From Pseudomonadota bacterium (lineage in GTDB: Bacteria; Pseudomonadota; Alphaproteobacteria; Rhodobacterales; Rhodobacteraceae), in assembly GCA_039198225.1 (NCBI GenBank), contig JBCCTQ010000005.1, positions 59,829 to 123,828 of the forward strand: a stretch of DNA of 64,000 nucleotides, in the 5' to 3' direction. The notes beneath the pieces are model-generated. The model saw only the letters and a program-made list of their open reading frames with translations, was not told the origin of the DNA and searched no databases. Numbering within the stretch: the stretch's first letter is position 1; the number at the start of each line of letters is the position of its first letter. A program made the translations under genes and the position numbers. Below, piece by piece: positions 25,190 to 34,846 of the stretch.

Positions 25190-26005
25190 ATGCCGATAAT
25201 GGAAAATGTAAAGAAGGCGGTCCGAAAGGCCGCTGGCCGTCCTGGGCCGCGGCTTTTGACGGTGAAGGAGGCTTTCTATCTTACTCCGAATATGATCCGG
25301 GTGGTCTTTGCCGGGCCAGAATTGGAAGGCTTCCCCGAAGGCTGTGAGGGCGGCAATTGCAAACTGATGCTGCCCGAACCGGATGAAACCAAAGAGAGCT
25401 TTGCGGAACGATTGGCAAATGGGCCGACGCCGGTGCGGCGCACCTACACGGTTCGGAGTTTCGATTCCACGACCCAGGAACTGGCCATCGATTTCGTGGC
25501 CCATGGTGACAATGGTCCCGCGTCGCGCTGGGCAGGCCAAGCAAAGCCGGGGAGCTTTTTGGGCTTCGCCGGCCCGAGTGGTCCGAAGGTGACCCATTTT
25601 GAGGCCGATTGGTATCTTGTGGCGGCCGATCCCTCTGCCATTCCGGTGGCCGCAGCCACGCTCGAAGCCATGCCCCGCGATGCAAAGGGCGTGGCAATTT
25701 TCGAGATCACCGCCGACGAAGACCGCCAAGATATCGACATGCCGGAAGGTGTTGTGGCCCATTGGTTCGTACATCCTGAGCCCCACACATCATCACCCGC
25801 TCAGGAGCGCTTTGTGCGTAATCTGGATTGGCCGGAGGGGCGCGTCCAAACATGCATTGCCGGAGAGAGCGGCGTGATCCGCGCCTTGCGGAACTTTCTA
25901 CACAACGAGCAAAGCCTTCCGAAGGCCGACACCTATATCTCGGGCTACTGGAAAATCGGCCTTGTCGAGGACGAGCACCAGAAATTCAAACGAGGTGGCG
26001 GCTGA
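25190..26005 (+). CDS. Siderophore-interacting protein (ViuB/SIP-type FAD-binding ferric reductase)
   Basis: 271 aa with the RRTYTVR FAD-binding motif and a C-terminal SIP domain (GESGVIRALRNFL). Confidence 0.88.
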   Translation: MPIMENVKKAVRKAAGRPGPRLLTVKEAFYLTPNMIRVVFAGPELEGFPEGCEGGNCKLMLPEPDETKESFAERLANGPTPVRRTYTVRSFDSTTQELAIDFVAHGDNGPASRWAGQAKPGSFLGFAGPSGPKVTHFEADWYLVAADPSAIPVAAATLEAMPRDAKGVAIFEITADEDRQDIDMPEGVVAHWFVHPEPHTSSPAQERFVRNLDWPEGRVQTCIAGESGVIRALRNFLHNEQSLPKADTYISGYWKIGLVEDEHQKFKRGGG

Positions 26006-26012
26006 ATCAGGC

Positions 26013-26510
26013 TCAGGCGCTTTCGGCTTCGAGCTCCTTAAAGAGTGCGCGGAAATTTCCCCGCGCATCGCCCGGATGGCGGACTTTCTTGGCTGCTTTC
26101 AGGTTTGCAAGGTCGTTGCCCACGACGATGAGCCCGACCATCCCCCATTCGTAATGGGGCAAGCAAATGTAGCCGTAGATCCCCGGCACGGTGAATGTCA
26201 CACTCAATTCCTCGTCGAGGGCGCCGTTCCAAGGCTCGGCGCCTTCGGGGATCATCCCACGCTTTGATGCCGAATTGTGGCCCGCATCGGTGGCCAAAAA
26301 TTTGACGCTGTCGCCCGATTCCACGCGCAGGATGGCGGGCTCGAAAACATTGACTTGATTGGCATCGTTGCAATCGGCGTTGAGCATCAGCACCGAGTGT
26401 TCGCCCGGCGCGCTCTCCGCTTGACCGGTGGCCGCCAGTAGTGGCGTGGCGCCCATTAATGCGCCCATGGAAAGGGAAAAGTTTCGACGGTTAAGCATGG
26501 GAATAGGCAT
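26013..26510 (-). CDS. Pseudoazurin-type blue copper protein (cupredoxin)
   Basis: It has a signal peptide with an RRNFSL twin-arginine-like motif. Copper ligand pattern: GHN ... CLPHYEWGM (His, Cys-x2-His-x4-Met). The start overlaps the upstream ABC ATPase gene by 8-20 nt. Confidence 0.88.
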   Translation of the reverse strand: MPIPMLNRRNFSLSMGALMGATPLLAATGQAESAPGEHSVLMLNADCNDANQVNVFEPAILRVESGDSVKFLATDAGHNSASKRGMIPEGAEPWNGALDEELSVTFTVPGIYGYICLPHYEWGMVGLIVVGNDLANLKAAKKVRHPGDARGNFRALFKELEAESA

Positions 26511-27261
26511 GGACGACCAGATCCTCCTTGGGGCCGGTGGTGATGTGTATGTCGACGCCGTAGGTTTCGGCGATTTCGGAACGGTGGAGAATTTCGGCGG
26601 GGGTGCCCTCGGCCAGGATTTCCCCTCGCCGCAGTAGGATCAGCCGGTCGGCAAAACGCGCTGCCAAGTTGAGGTCGTGGAGGGCCACGATGCCGATGGC
26701 CTGGCGCTCGGCGATGGCGGATTTGATCTGGCTGAGAACGCGGAGCTGGTGGTTGAGATCGAGGGCCGAGGTCGGCTCGTCAAAAAGATAGGCCTCTGAT
26801 CGCCGGATCAGCGCCTGGGCAACGGAAACCATCTGCGCCTGACCTCCGGAGAGCTCGCTGATATAGGCCTCCGCCAGGTGACCGATCTCTGCGCCATGGA
26901 GCGCCTCCGCGACCGCGTCCATGTCGTCGGATGTGACGCGCCAGCCAGCGAGATTTTTTCGCGCCATCATGACCACGTCAAACACCGTCAGCGCAGCGTT
27001 GGCTGAGAACAATTGCGGCATAAAGCAAACCCGACCCAGCCGTGCTTTGGTCGAAAGCGTGGAGAGATCGGTGCCGTTCAGTGTGACCGTCCCCTGGGCC
27101 TTCACCAAACCCGCGATGGCGCGAAACAGCGTGGATTTGCCCGAGGCATTGGGACCGATCAGGGCGGTGAACTGACCGGGCTCCAAAGGCGCGAAGCCCG
27201 TATCCTTCAAGATCAGCCGTCGGCCGTAAGAAAACGATAGATTGCGGGCCGCAAGCGTCAT
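26491..27261 (-). CDS. Iron-siderophore/cobalamin-type ABC transporter ATP-binding protein (FecE/FepC-like)
   Basis: 256 aa with Walker A GPNASGKST, signature LSGGQAQ and Walker B LFDEPTS. ATGA overlap with the permease gene. Confidence 0.93.
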   Translation of the reverse strand: MTLAARNLSFSYGRRLILKDTGFAPLEPGQFTALIGPNASGKSTLFRAIAGLVKAQGTVTLNGTDLSTLSTKARLGRVCFMPQLFSANAALTVFDVVMMARKNLAGWRVTSDDMDAVAEALHGAEIGHLAEAYISELSGGQAQMVSVAQALIRRSEAYLFDEPTSALDLNHQLRVLSQIKSAIAERQAIGIVALHDLNLAARFADRLILLRRGEILAEGTPAEILHRSEIAETYGVDIHITTGPKEDLVVHAYSHA

Positions 27262-28349
27262 TGCCAGTGCCGCTTGCGTTGGCTGAGGATCAAGCTCACG
27301 AAGAAAGGGATCCCAATCAGAGAAGTGATCATGCCGATCGGGTAGACAATGCCAGGTGTGATGGCTTTCGAGGCGATCGATGTGCCCGAAAGGATCAGGG
27401 CGCCGGTCAGCGCCGAGAGCGGCAGGAAGCCCCTCTGATCTTCGCCTGCGATCATGCGGGCAATGTGTGGTGCGACGAGCCCCACAAAAGCAATTGCGCC
27501 GACGAATGAGACAGCAACCGCAGATAAAAGCGAAACACCTCCGAGCACCATCAGGCGCAAGAGGCTCACATTCACGCCCAACGCGGCGGCCTTTTCCTCA
27601 CCCATGCGGAGCGCCGTAAGCGCCCAAGACCGCGAGAGGAAATACGGCAGGATCACCGCCAGGACCACCAGGCAAATGCCGACTTTTGGCCAGGTCGCGC
27701 GGGCGAGTGAGCCCAATTGCCAGAAGATCAGCTGGGCGAGTTGGAGCTCAGAGGCCCCGTATTGGAGGAAGGCCAAGAGAGCGTTGAACGTGAACATCAT
27801 GGCGATGCCCATCAGAATGATCGTCTCCGGATTGGCGCCACGCATGCGCGTCACCATGAACAAAAAGAGCGACGCGACCATCGCGAAGAAAAATGCATTC
27901 ACCGTCACGAATATTGCGCCGAGGCCCGGCAGCACCGACCAACCTAGAACGATGGCGACCGCTGCGCCGAAGCTCGCGGCAGATGAGAGGCCAAGCGTGA
28001 AGGGCTCAGCCAGGGGGTTATTGAGAATGGTCTGAAGCTCGGCCCCGGCCACGCCCAGCATGGCGCCCACGACAACGGCCATCGTGGCCACGGGCAGGCG
28101 CAGGTCCCAGATAATCACTTCTTCTTTCGGCGTGGCCACGGATGGTTGGAAAATGACATGGGCCACGCGTAAAAAGTCGAGATCAGCCGGGCCGGTGATC
28201 ACGTCGATCACTACGGTTGTGAAGAGCACAAGGGCAGCGGCGGCCACAAGGGCGACCCTAAAAAAGGAGCGCCTGCGGTATGTGCCGACGATGGTGTCGA
28301 CACTTGGATTGTCCGAAATCTCTGCCATGGGGAGCATGGCCCGCCGCAA
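27258..28349 (-). CDS. FecCD-family ABC permease
   Basis: About 360-aa polytopic FecCD-type protein. The start is uncertain (TTG 28349, ATG 28337 or ATG 28328). Confidence 0.92.
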   Translation of the reverse strand: MRRAMLPMAEISDNPSVDTIVGTYRRRSFFRVALVAAAALVLFTTVVIDVITGPADLDFLRVAHVIFQPSVATPKEEVIIWDLRLPVATMAVVVGAMLGVAGAELQTILNNPLAEPFTLGLSSAASFGAAVAIVLGWSVLPGLGAIFVTVNAFFFAMVASLFLFMVTRMRGANPETIILMGIAMMFTFNALLAFLQYGASELQLAQLIFWQLGSLARATWPKVGICLVVLAVILPYFLSRSWALTALRMGEEKAAALGVNVSLLRLMVLGGVSLLSAVAVSFVGAIAFVGLVAPHIARMIAGEDQRGFLPLSALTGALILSGTSIASKAITPGIVYPIGMITSLIGIPFFVSLILSQRKRHWQ

Positions 28350-28373
28350 GAACCACGCGGCGGGCCGGTCTCG

Positions 28374-29519
28374 TTATTCGGCGCTCAGCCAGAATTGGCC
28401 GGAGGCCGCGTAGGGCATGAACTCGTCATGGAGCCGGTTGAACGTCTCTTGAGGATCGAGATCCTCGAAATCGTCCGGATAGAGCCATTTCGCGATCTGC
28501 TGGACCGCGACGAAATGGTACGGCGAATTGTAGAACTGGTGATAGATCGAATGGTAGTTCCCCTCTTGCACCGCCCGGAGCTCGCTAAAGCCCGGCCGCG
28601 CCGCAAGAGCCGCGATCTTTTCGGCATTTACGTTCGGGTCACCTTCGTAGCCCAAGAGTGTCGAGGTCACTTCGGGCTTTGCTTCCGCCCAATTGGCCCC
28701 AGTGCCGATGATATGGTCGGGATCGGCGTCGATCACGCCTTCCATCGAAAGGGTCACCGAATAAGCATTGGCGAGGGTTGAAGCGAAATTCTTTCCGCCA
28801 GCGAGCTCGACGAACCGCCCATAATTATAAGGCCCAAACGACCAGCAGCAGAAATCAGGCTGCCACCCGGCAGCATTTTCAACCACCACGAGCGGGCGCT
28901 CGTCGGCCGGGATCGTGTCGATGATGTTCGTCACTTTCCGCATCTCAGCGATGTAGAAATCAATGAACTTCGCCGCTCCGGCTTCTTCGCCGAGAATACG
29001 GCCGAGGATCAGGAGCGACGGGACGGTGTTTTCGGTCGCATTCCGACGGAAATCGATGAACACGACCGGCACACCCGCCTTGTCGAGCTTTTCGATAAGC
29101 CCGGTTTCTTCGGCTTTGAAGAGGTTCCCGCTGTCGAGAAGAACCAGGTCGGCATCGGCTTCGAGCACCGCTTCGATGCTAAAGTCGCCCGCGTAGGGAT
29201 TGCCGAAATTGATCATCCGTTCAGCATCAGCCGGGAAGGCGGCTTCAAATTTGCGGAAGGCGTCGGGGTCAAATTGAATGAGGTCGTCTTTCCATCCGAC
29301 CACATTTTCAAAGGGGTTCCCGTCCGTAATCGCCGCGATGGCGTACATCATCCGGCCTTCGCCAAGGATGATTTTGTCGGGTTGTTCGTCGAGAGTGACT
29401 TGGCGACCGGCGATGTCGGTCAGGGTCAGGGCTTCGGCCTGAGCTTCTGTTGCTGGCGTGAGCAGGGTCACGGTAGCTGCAATCGTCAAGGCAAAGCCGC
29501 TCATGAAACGCGCGTTCAT
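28374..29519 (-). CDS. Periplasmic binding protein, iron-siderophore/B12 class (cluster A-2)
   Basis: 381 aa with an AGGAGA RBS, a signal peptide and a PBP type-2 Fe-siderophore-like sequence. Confidence 0.88.
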   Translation of the reverse strand: MNARFMSGFALTIAATVTLLTPATEAQAEALTLTDIAGRQVTLDEQPDKIILGEGRMMYAIAAITDGNPFENVVGWKDDLIQFDPDAFRKFEAAFPADAERMINFGNPYAGDFSIEAVLEADADLVLLDSGNLFKAEETGLIEKLDKAGVPVVFIDFRRNATENTVPSLLILGRILGEEAGAAKFIDFYIAEMRKVTNIIDTIPADERPLVVVENAAGWQPDFCCWSFGPYNYGRFVELAGGKNFASTLANAYSVTLSMEGVIDADPDHIIGTGANWAEAKPEVTSTLLGYEGDPNVNAEKIAALAARPGFSELRAVQEGNYHSIYHQFYNSPYHFVAVQQIAKWLYPDDFEDLDPQETFNRLHDEFMPYAASGQFWLSAE

Positions 29520-29616
29520 AGCGGAATCTCCTATAGGCTACACCGCCAGCGTTAATCCCGCTTCCCACCTAATCCAAGTGAAATACTCAGTTATTGGGGC
29601 AGCCCGCTTCATTTGG

Positions 29617-31086
29617 TCAATTGGTCGCACCGCGCCCGGCGCGGCGGCCAAAGACCGATCCTGAGGTCAATCCGGAGCCTCCGGGATAGCCCCCGAAGAA
29701 TACCCCGCCCACCAATTCGCCGCAGGCATAGAGCCCGGGTATCGGAGACGCGTCCTCCCGAAGGACCCGGCCTTCACCGTCGACCTTGAGCCCGCCATAG
29801 CTGAACGTGATCCCGCCGGTCACGGGATAAGCACGGAACGGGCCAGTATCGAGACGCTGGGCCCAATTCGACTTTTTGAGCGGAAGACCCTTAGTACCTT
29901 TCCCGTCGAGTTTGGTCGGATCGAAGGGCGTCGTGTCATCGACGGCCGCGTTGTAGGCCTCGAGCGTTTTGAGCGCCGCATCCCCATCTACACCCTCGAG
30001 TTGGGGAATGAGCGCTTCGAGCGTCGGCGCCTCGACGAAGCTCGCATCATGGAACCGGTACTCGTCGTAGAGAAGGTCGAACACCTTCGAATCGAAGATC
30101 TGCCAAGCGAAATGGCCAGGTTGCTCCAAAACCGCGCGGCCAAATTGAGCGTAGGTGTAGTTGCGGAAATTAATGCCCTCATCCACGAAACGCTCGCCCT
30201 TGGCATTGAGCATGACACCGAGGAAGTAGCAGATTTTGCGGTATTTCTTGCGTTCCTTCGGGGGCAGGTCGAGATTGCCAAAATCCTTCATGTGAAGGTC
30301 CATCGGCGTTGCGTGGCAGCCGTCAAACTTGCCATAGGCAGCGGCTCCCAAGGCGCGCGCCATCTTTAAGCCATCGCCAGTATTGTGGGGCGTGCCGCGC
30401 ACCTTGGCGACGGCCCAATCCGCTCCGAAGTGTTCCGTGCGCGCAGTTTCACTGGCTTCAAATCCGCCCGAGGCGAGAATGACCGCGTCAGCTTTGAGGT
30501 TTTCTTCGCCAACCCGGACGCCCGTGACCTTTCCGTCCTCCTCGATCAGATCGGTGACGGCTGCATCATATCGGATCGTCCCACCTAGGCGCTCGAACGC
30601 GTCGCGCTCCATCTCGAATAGCCCTACACCTTCATTCTCCGCAGCAAGCGTCAGACCGCCCCAAAAGATGAATTTGCCGTCTTTTTCGAAGCTTTGGCGG
30701 TCGTAGATGGGCGCATAGGTCACCCCGTGCCCGGCCAACCAGCGCACCGTGTCGTAAGACTTGGAAACCAGAGCTTCCTGTTCCGGTGACAGGGGGCGAC
30801 CCTCATTGAAACCTAGAAGGTCAGCGGTGAATTTCTCTTTCGTGTAACTCCCGAAATCTGTGCGCGGGATGCGCTCATCCTCGGGGTTTGATAGGAGCGG
30901 TAGGAGTTCCTCTGAGGCTTCATAGGCAAAGCGCATCGCGCCGGCCGTGTATTTCGTGTTGCCGCCGGCGAGGTCTTCGTCTGCCTTTTCGAGCATCAAG
31001 ACGTTCGCCCCACCTTCGAGGGCTGCGATCCCGGCCGACATGGCCGCGTTGCCGGATCCCACCACGATAATCTGTTTCTCTGTCAT
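29617..31086 (-). CDS. FAD-dependent flavoprotein, tricarballylate dehydrogenase (TcuA)-like / fumarate-reductase flavoprotein family
   Basis: 489 aa with the N-terminal dinucleotide fold VVGSGNAAMSAGIAA and a C-terminal LYACGE..GG motif. Confidence 0.85.
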   Translation of the reverse strand: MTEKQIIVVGSGNAAMSAGIAALEGGANVLMLEKADEDLAGGNTKYTAGAMRFAYEASEELLPLLSNPEDERIPRTDFGSYTKEKFTADLLGFNEGRPLSPEQEALVSKSYDTVRWLAGHGVTYAPIYDRQSFEKDGKFIFWGGLTLAAENEGVGLFEMERDAFERLGGTIRYDAAVTDLIEEDGKVTGVRVGEENLKADAVILASGGFEASETARTEHFGADWAVAKVRGTPHNTGDGLKMARALGAAAYGKFDGCHATPMDLHMKDFGNLDLPPKERKKYRKICYFLGVMLNAKGERFVDEGINFRNYTYAQFGRAVLEQPGHFAWQIFDSKVFDLLYDEYRFHDASFVEAPTLEALIPQLEGVDGDAALKTLEAYNAAVDDTTPFDPTKLDGKGTKGLPLKKSNWAQRLDTGPFRAYPVTGGITFSYGGLKVDGEGRVLREDASPIPGLYACGELVGGVFFGGYPGGSGLTSGSVFGRRAGRGATN

Positions 31087-31160
31087 TCCGAATCTCCGTG
31101 CTGGACGTTTTGTATCCGCTCGGATACAAAATGATCAAGAGCCAAAGCATCGAGGTTCAA

Positions 31161-31796
31161 ATGAGTCAAAAGGCGAGTGGCGAAACCGCCTACGATCTGC
31201 TCCATGGCGCGATCCGGACCGGCGTCTTTCGACCTGGCGACCGGCTTCGGGAAGAGGATGTGGGTGAAAGGCTTTCGCTGTCACGGACGCCTGTGCGTGA
31301 GGCGCTCCGACGGCTGGAGGCAGACGGCATCATCGAGCATCGGCCGCGCCAAGGCGCCGTGGTGCGCCAGCTTAGCCATAGTGAAGTGGTTGAGCTTTAT
31401 GAGATGCGCGTGGTCCTAGAGCGGACGGCTGCGGAAATGGCGGCCAAACACGGCGCGGCCGCCGAGTTCGATGCGCTCGACGATCTCAATCGAGCAATAG
31501 GTGAAGAACGCGCAAATCCAGCGCGCGCCGCAGCCATCAATCAGGATTTTCACCGGGGTCTCTACCTCGCTGGACGCAATCGGTTCCTCTTGGAGGCAGC
31601 CCGGGCCCTCAACAATTCGCTCCTTTTGCTTGGACCCACGACCTTTACCGACGAGATGCGCGTTGACGAAGTCACCACGCAGCATCGGGCCATCGTCGAC
31701 GCACTCCGGGACGGGGACGGAGAAGCGGCCGGTGCCGCGGCCGAAGCGCATCTCAATACGTCCCTTCGAGAAAGGCTTAAGGCACTGGCATGCTAG
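31161..31796 (+). CDS. GntR-family transcriptional regulator (FCD subfamily)
   Basis: ATG 31161. The wHTH is FRPGDRLREEDVGERLSLSRTPVREAL, followed by an FCD-like helical domain. Confidence 0.88.
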   Translation: MSQKASGETAYDLLHGAIRTGVFRPGDRLREEDVGERLSLSRTPVREALRRLEADGIIEHRPRQGAVVRQLSHSEVVELYEMRVVLERTAAEMAAKHGAAAEFDALDDLNRAIGEERANPARAAAINQDFHRGLYLAGRNRFLLEAARALNNSLLLLGPTTFTDEMRVDEVTTQHRAIVDALRDGDGEAAGAAAEAHLNTSLRERLKALAC

Positions 31797-32818
31797 CTTT
31801 GGCCGCGTCCTTCTTGGTCGCGCTGTCTGGCGTCGGCGCGTTTTTCGCACTCGATCTGCCGCTCCCCTGGCTCTTGGGGCCCCTGGCGGCTTCGTTGATC
31901 GCGGCCCTCCTCGGCATTCCCATGCGGGGGATAAAGCCCCTCAACGATGGGATGCGGACCATTCTCGGCGTCGCGGTTGGGGCGACGCTGACCCCAGCGG
32001 TTATCGCGACCGTGCCAAACATGGTGCCGACGCTACTTTTGATCCCGGTCATGGTCGCGGCGATCGGCGCGGTGGGCATCCCCTATTTTATGCGGATCTG
32101 GCGCTACGATTTTGCGACGGCCTATTATTCGACCATGCCGGGCGGGCTCCAGGACATGCTGGTTTTCGGCGAAGAGGCAGGCGGGAATGTGCGAACGCTT
32201 TCGCTCATCCACGCCACTCGGGTGATGGTGATTGTGGTGGCGCTGCCGTTCATCCTTCAGGGCCTCTGGGAGGCTGATCTTTCAAACCCGCCCGGTGCTC
32301 CAGCCCGCACAATTCCCGCCTATGAATTGGTGCTTATGGTCCTCTCTGCCGGTCTTGGCTGGTGGGGGGCAAAGCGGCTCGGCCTCTTCGGCGCTTCGAT
32401 CCTTGGCCCATTGATCGTGGCTGCCGTCGTGACCTTGGCGGGCTTGTTGGAGAACCGTCCCCCGGCCGAAGCGATCTGGGCGGCGCAGTTTTTCATCGGG
32501 ATGACGATCGGCACGAAATACGCAGGCATCACGATCTCGGAACTCCGCCGCGACGTGACAGCCGCGCTGGGGTTTTGCGCCTTGCTGATCATCCTGACGG
32601 TCGTTTTCGTCGAATTCGTCTACCAACTCGGCCTGGCACCGGGTCAGGAGGCGCTGCTGGCTTTCGCGCCAGGGGGCCAAGCGGAATTGACCGTCTTGGC
32701 CTTAATCGTCGGGGCCGATGTCGCCTTCGTGGTGGCCCACCACGTCTTGCGGATCTTTGTGGTGATCCTGGGCGCACCCGTGGCGGCCCGGTTCTTTAAC
32801 CCTGTGCCTCGGGGTTGA
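31790..32818 (+). CDS. AbrB-family membrane protein (duplicated AbrB/putative ammonia monooxygenase-like domain)
   Basis: 342-aa polytopic protein with a two-fold internal organisation. It overlaps the GntR stop by 7 nt. Confidence 0.75.
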   Translation: MLALAASFLVALSGVGAFFALDLPLPWLLGPLAASLIAALLGIPMRGIKPLNDGMRTILGVAVGATLTPAVIATVPNMVPTLLLIPVMVAAIGAVGIPYFMRIWRYDFATAYYSTMPGGLQDMLVFGEEAGGNVRTLSLIHATRVMVIVVALPFILQGLWEADLSNPPGAPARTIPAYELVLMVLSAGLGWWGAKRLGLFGASILGPLIVAAVVTLAGLLENRPPAEAIWAAQFFIGMTIGTKYAGITISELRRDVTAALGFCALLIILTVVFVEFVYQLGLAPGQEALLAFAPGGQAELTVLALIVGADVAFVVAHHVLRIFVVILGAPVAARFFNPVPRG

Positions 32819-33764
32819 TCATGTGGATCGGAGCGCCGTCGGCATAGGCGTTCACCTGTTCAAATATATCGCTGAATTGAAGGTCGAACTCATCTTCGGT
32901 GACATATCCGATATGGGGTGTTGGAAGGACATTGGAGTGCCGAAGAAGGGGATGGGCAGTGTCGCGCAAGGGCTCTGTGTCAAACACGTCAACGGCGGCG
33001 AATATCCGACCGCGCGCGATTTCAGCCTCGAGCGCTCCTTCTGCGACAAGTCCTGAGCGCGATGTGTTCACGAAAAGCGCGCGGTCTTGCATCTGGGCGA
33101 GGTCATCCAAGGTGACGATGCCGCGCGTTGTGGGTTTGAGCCGGACATGGAGGCTGACGATGTCCGATGTTGCGAAAAAGGCGTTGCGGCTGTCGGCAAC
33201 CGGCTGCCCGTCGGCTTTGGCGCGGGCGCGGCCCTCTTCGGATGACCACCATTGGACTTTCATCCCGAGGGCGGAGGCGTATTCGGCCACAGCTCCGGCA
33301 ATCCGGCCGTAGCCGTAAAGCCCGAGTGTCCGGCCGCGGAGCGTCCGCCCGACGCCCATTTGCCAACCCCCCGATCGGATCGAAGCGACTTGCTCGGGGA
33401 TTTGACGGTAGGAGGCGAGGATGAGCGCAAGCGTGTGCTCGGCGGCGGCATAGGACGGGGTGCCGGAATGCATGTTGGAACAGAGCAAGACGCCGTTTTC
33501 GGTACAGGCCTCCAAGTCAACATGGGGGTAGACGCTGCGCTGCGAGATCAGCTTGAGCCGGGGGAGCTGTTCCAAAAGGCCTCGGCCAATGCGCGTCCGT
33601 TCGCGAAAGAGGACCAGGGCTTCGGCTTCAGATACCCTCCCGGCGAGGCGCACAGGATCCGGCTCGTGATCGGTCCAAACGGTCACGTCGTGGCCGTCTA
33701 ACAGCCGATAACAGGGGAGATCACGGAGCGTGTCGAACCAATCGTCGAGGATATGGACTTTCAC
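32796..33764 (-). CDS. D-isomer-specific 2-hydroxyacid dehydrogenase family, NAD-binding
   Basis: 322 aa with a GTG start in a GTGA overlap with the upstream gene. It has the GLYGYGRIAGAVA Rossmann motif and catalytic R/E/H region (NTSR ... PHIGY). Confidence 0.9.
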   Translation of the reverse strand: MKVHILDDWFDTLRDLPCYRLLDGHDVTVWTDHEPDPVRLAGRVSEAEALVLFRERTRIGRGLLEQLPRLKLISQRSVYPHVDLEACTENGVLLCSNMHSGTPSYAAAEHTLALILASYRQIPEQVASIRSGGWQMGVGRTLRGRTLGLYGYGRIAGAVAEYASALGMKVQWWSSEEGRARAKADGQPVADSRNAFFATSDIVSLHVRLKPTTRGIVTLDDLAQMQDRALFVNTSRSGLVAEGALEAEIARGRIFAAVDVFDTEPLRDTAHPLLRHSNVLPTPHIGYVTEDEFDLQFSDIFEQVNAYADGAPIHMINPEAQG

Positions 33765-34846
33765 GACCAGACGGCCTTCGGCACAAAAAGATCGCCCGAG
33801 GCCAGCTTTCTCGCGGTGCGCACAAGGCCGGCGGAGTTGACTTCGAAACCGTTCGGGCCGTCCGTCGTGTCCATAATGACTTCAAGGATGCCCATTGGGT
33901 GTTCGAGGCGCATCAAGGTGGGGTTCGTATTGGGGCGGGGTGTGATCCCATCGGCCACCGTGCCGGGGCAGAGAAGGCAGGCGGAGAGACATTGGGACCC
34001 AGTGACCGCCAATGACGGGTGGCAGTTTTTTGGCATGAAATAGCGGGTGAGTGCGGTGCCGCCTGCCGCGGCTGGGGCCACCAGCCCGAATTTCGGCGTC
34101 ACCGATTGGGAAACATCGCCCATCCCCATGCGCCGCCCCGCCTCAATCCGGATAGGTTCCATCCGCTCGTAAAACGCCCGGTTCTGGTCGATCTCTTCGG
34201 CCGATTCCTGGCCCGAAAGCCCGAAGTCGGCGGCCCGGGCAATGACCATCGGCATGGCCACATCCATGCAGGTCACCTCGATGCCGTCGATCTCATCGAC
34301 CTTGTTGCCGGTCGGAAACATCGCTCCCGTCGCACCACCCGCCACGTCCATGAACAAAAGCTCAATCGGCGCGGCTGTCCCAGGTACACCGTCAATCTGC
34401 GCCGGGCCGCCATAGCGCACGCTACCTTCCGGCGTTTCGACCCGCGAGATCACCCGAGCGCCGGTATTCACCGCGCGAATTTTGACGTCAGTGACGTCGC
34501 CCGACGGCTCGACCAAGCCCATCTCCAGCGCCGCGGGGCCCACGCCGACGAGGATATTGCCGCAGGTCGGTTTAAAATCGACGCGCCCATCTTCCACACC
34601 CACTTGGGCAAAGAAATAGTCGATATCGGCCCAATCTTCTTCCGAGGCTGAGAGCATTGCGACCTTCGTCGTTACCGCAGCTCCGCCGCCGATCCCATCT
34701 ATGTTTAACGGATGGCCCGAGCCCACCGCGGCCACGAGAACACGGGCGAGATCGTCCCGGTCTTCGGGAAGATCGCTCCGGCGCATATACGGCCCCCGCG
34801 AGGTGCCCCCCCGCATGAAAAGAAAGGGGATTGCTGTCTGCGTCAC
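33761..34846 (-). CDS. PrpF/AcnD-accessory family isomerase
   Basis: GTG 34846 overlaps the TctA stop (GTGA). The N-terminus VTQTAIPFLFMRGGTSRGPY is typical for PrpF. The 80-codon upstream extension in the track is rejected. Confidence 0.85.
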   Translation of the reverse strand: MTQTAIPFLFMRGGTSRGPYMRRSDLPEDRDDLARVLVAAVGSGHPLNIDGIGGGAAVTTKVAMLSASEEDWADIDYFFAQVGVEDGRVDFKPTCGNILVGVGPAALEMGLVEPSGDVTDVKIRAVNTGARVISRVETPEGSVRYGGPAQIDGVPGTAAPIELLFMDVAGGATGAMFPTGNKVDEIDGIEVTCMDVAMPMVIARAADFGLSGQESAEEIDQNRAFYERMEPIRIEAGRRMGMGDVSQSVTPKFGLVAPAAAGGTALTRYFMPKNCHPSLAVTGSQCLSACLLCPGTVADGITPRPNTNPTLMRLEHPMGILEVIMDTTDGPNGFEVNSAGLVRTARKLASGDLFVPKAVWS

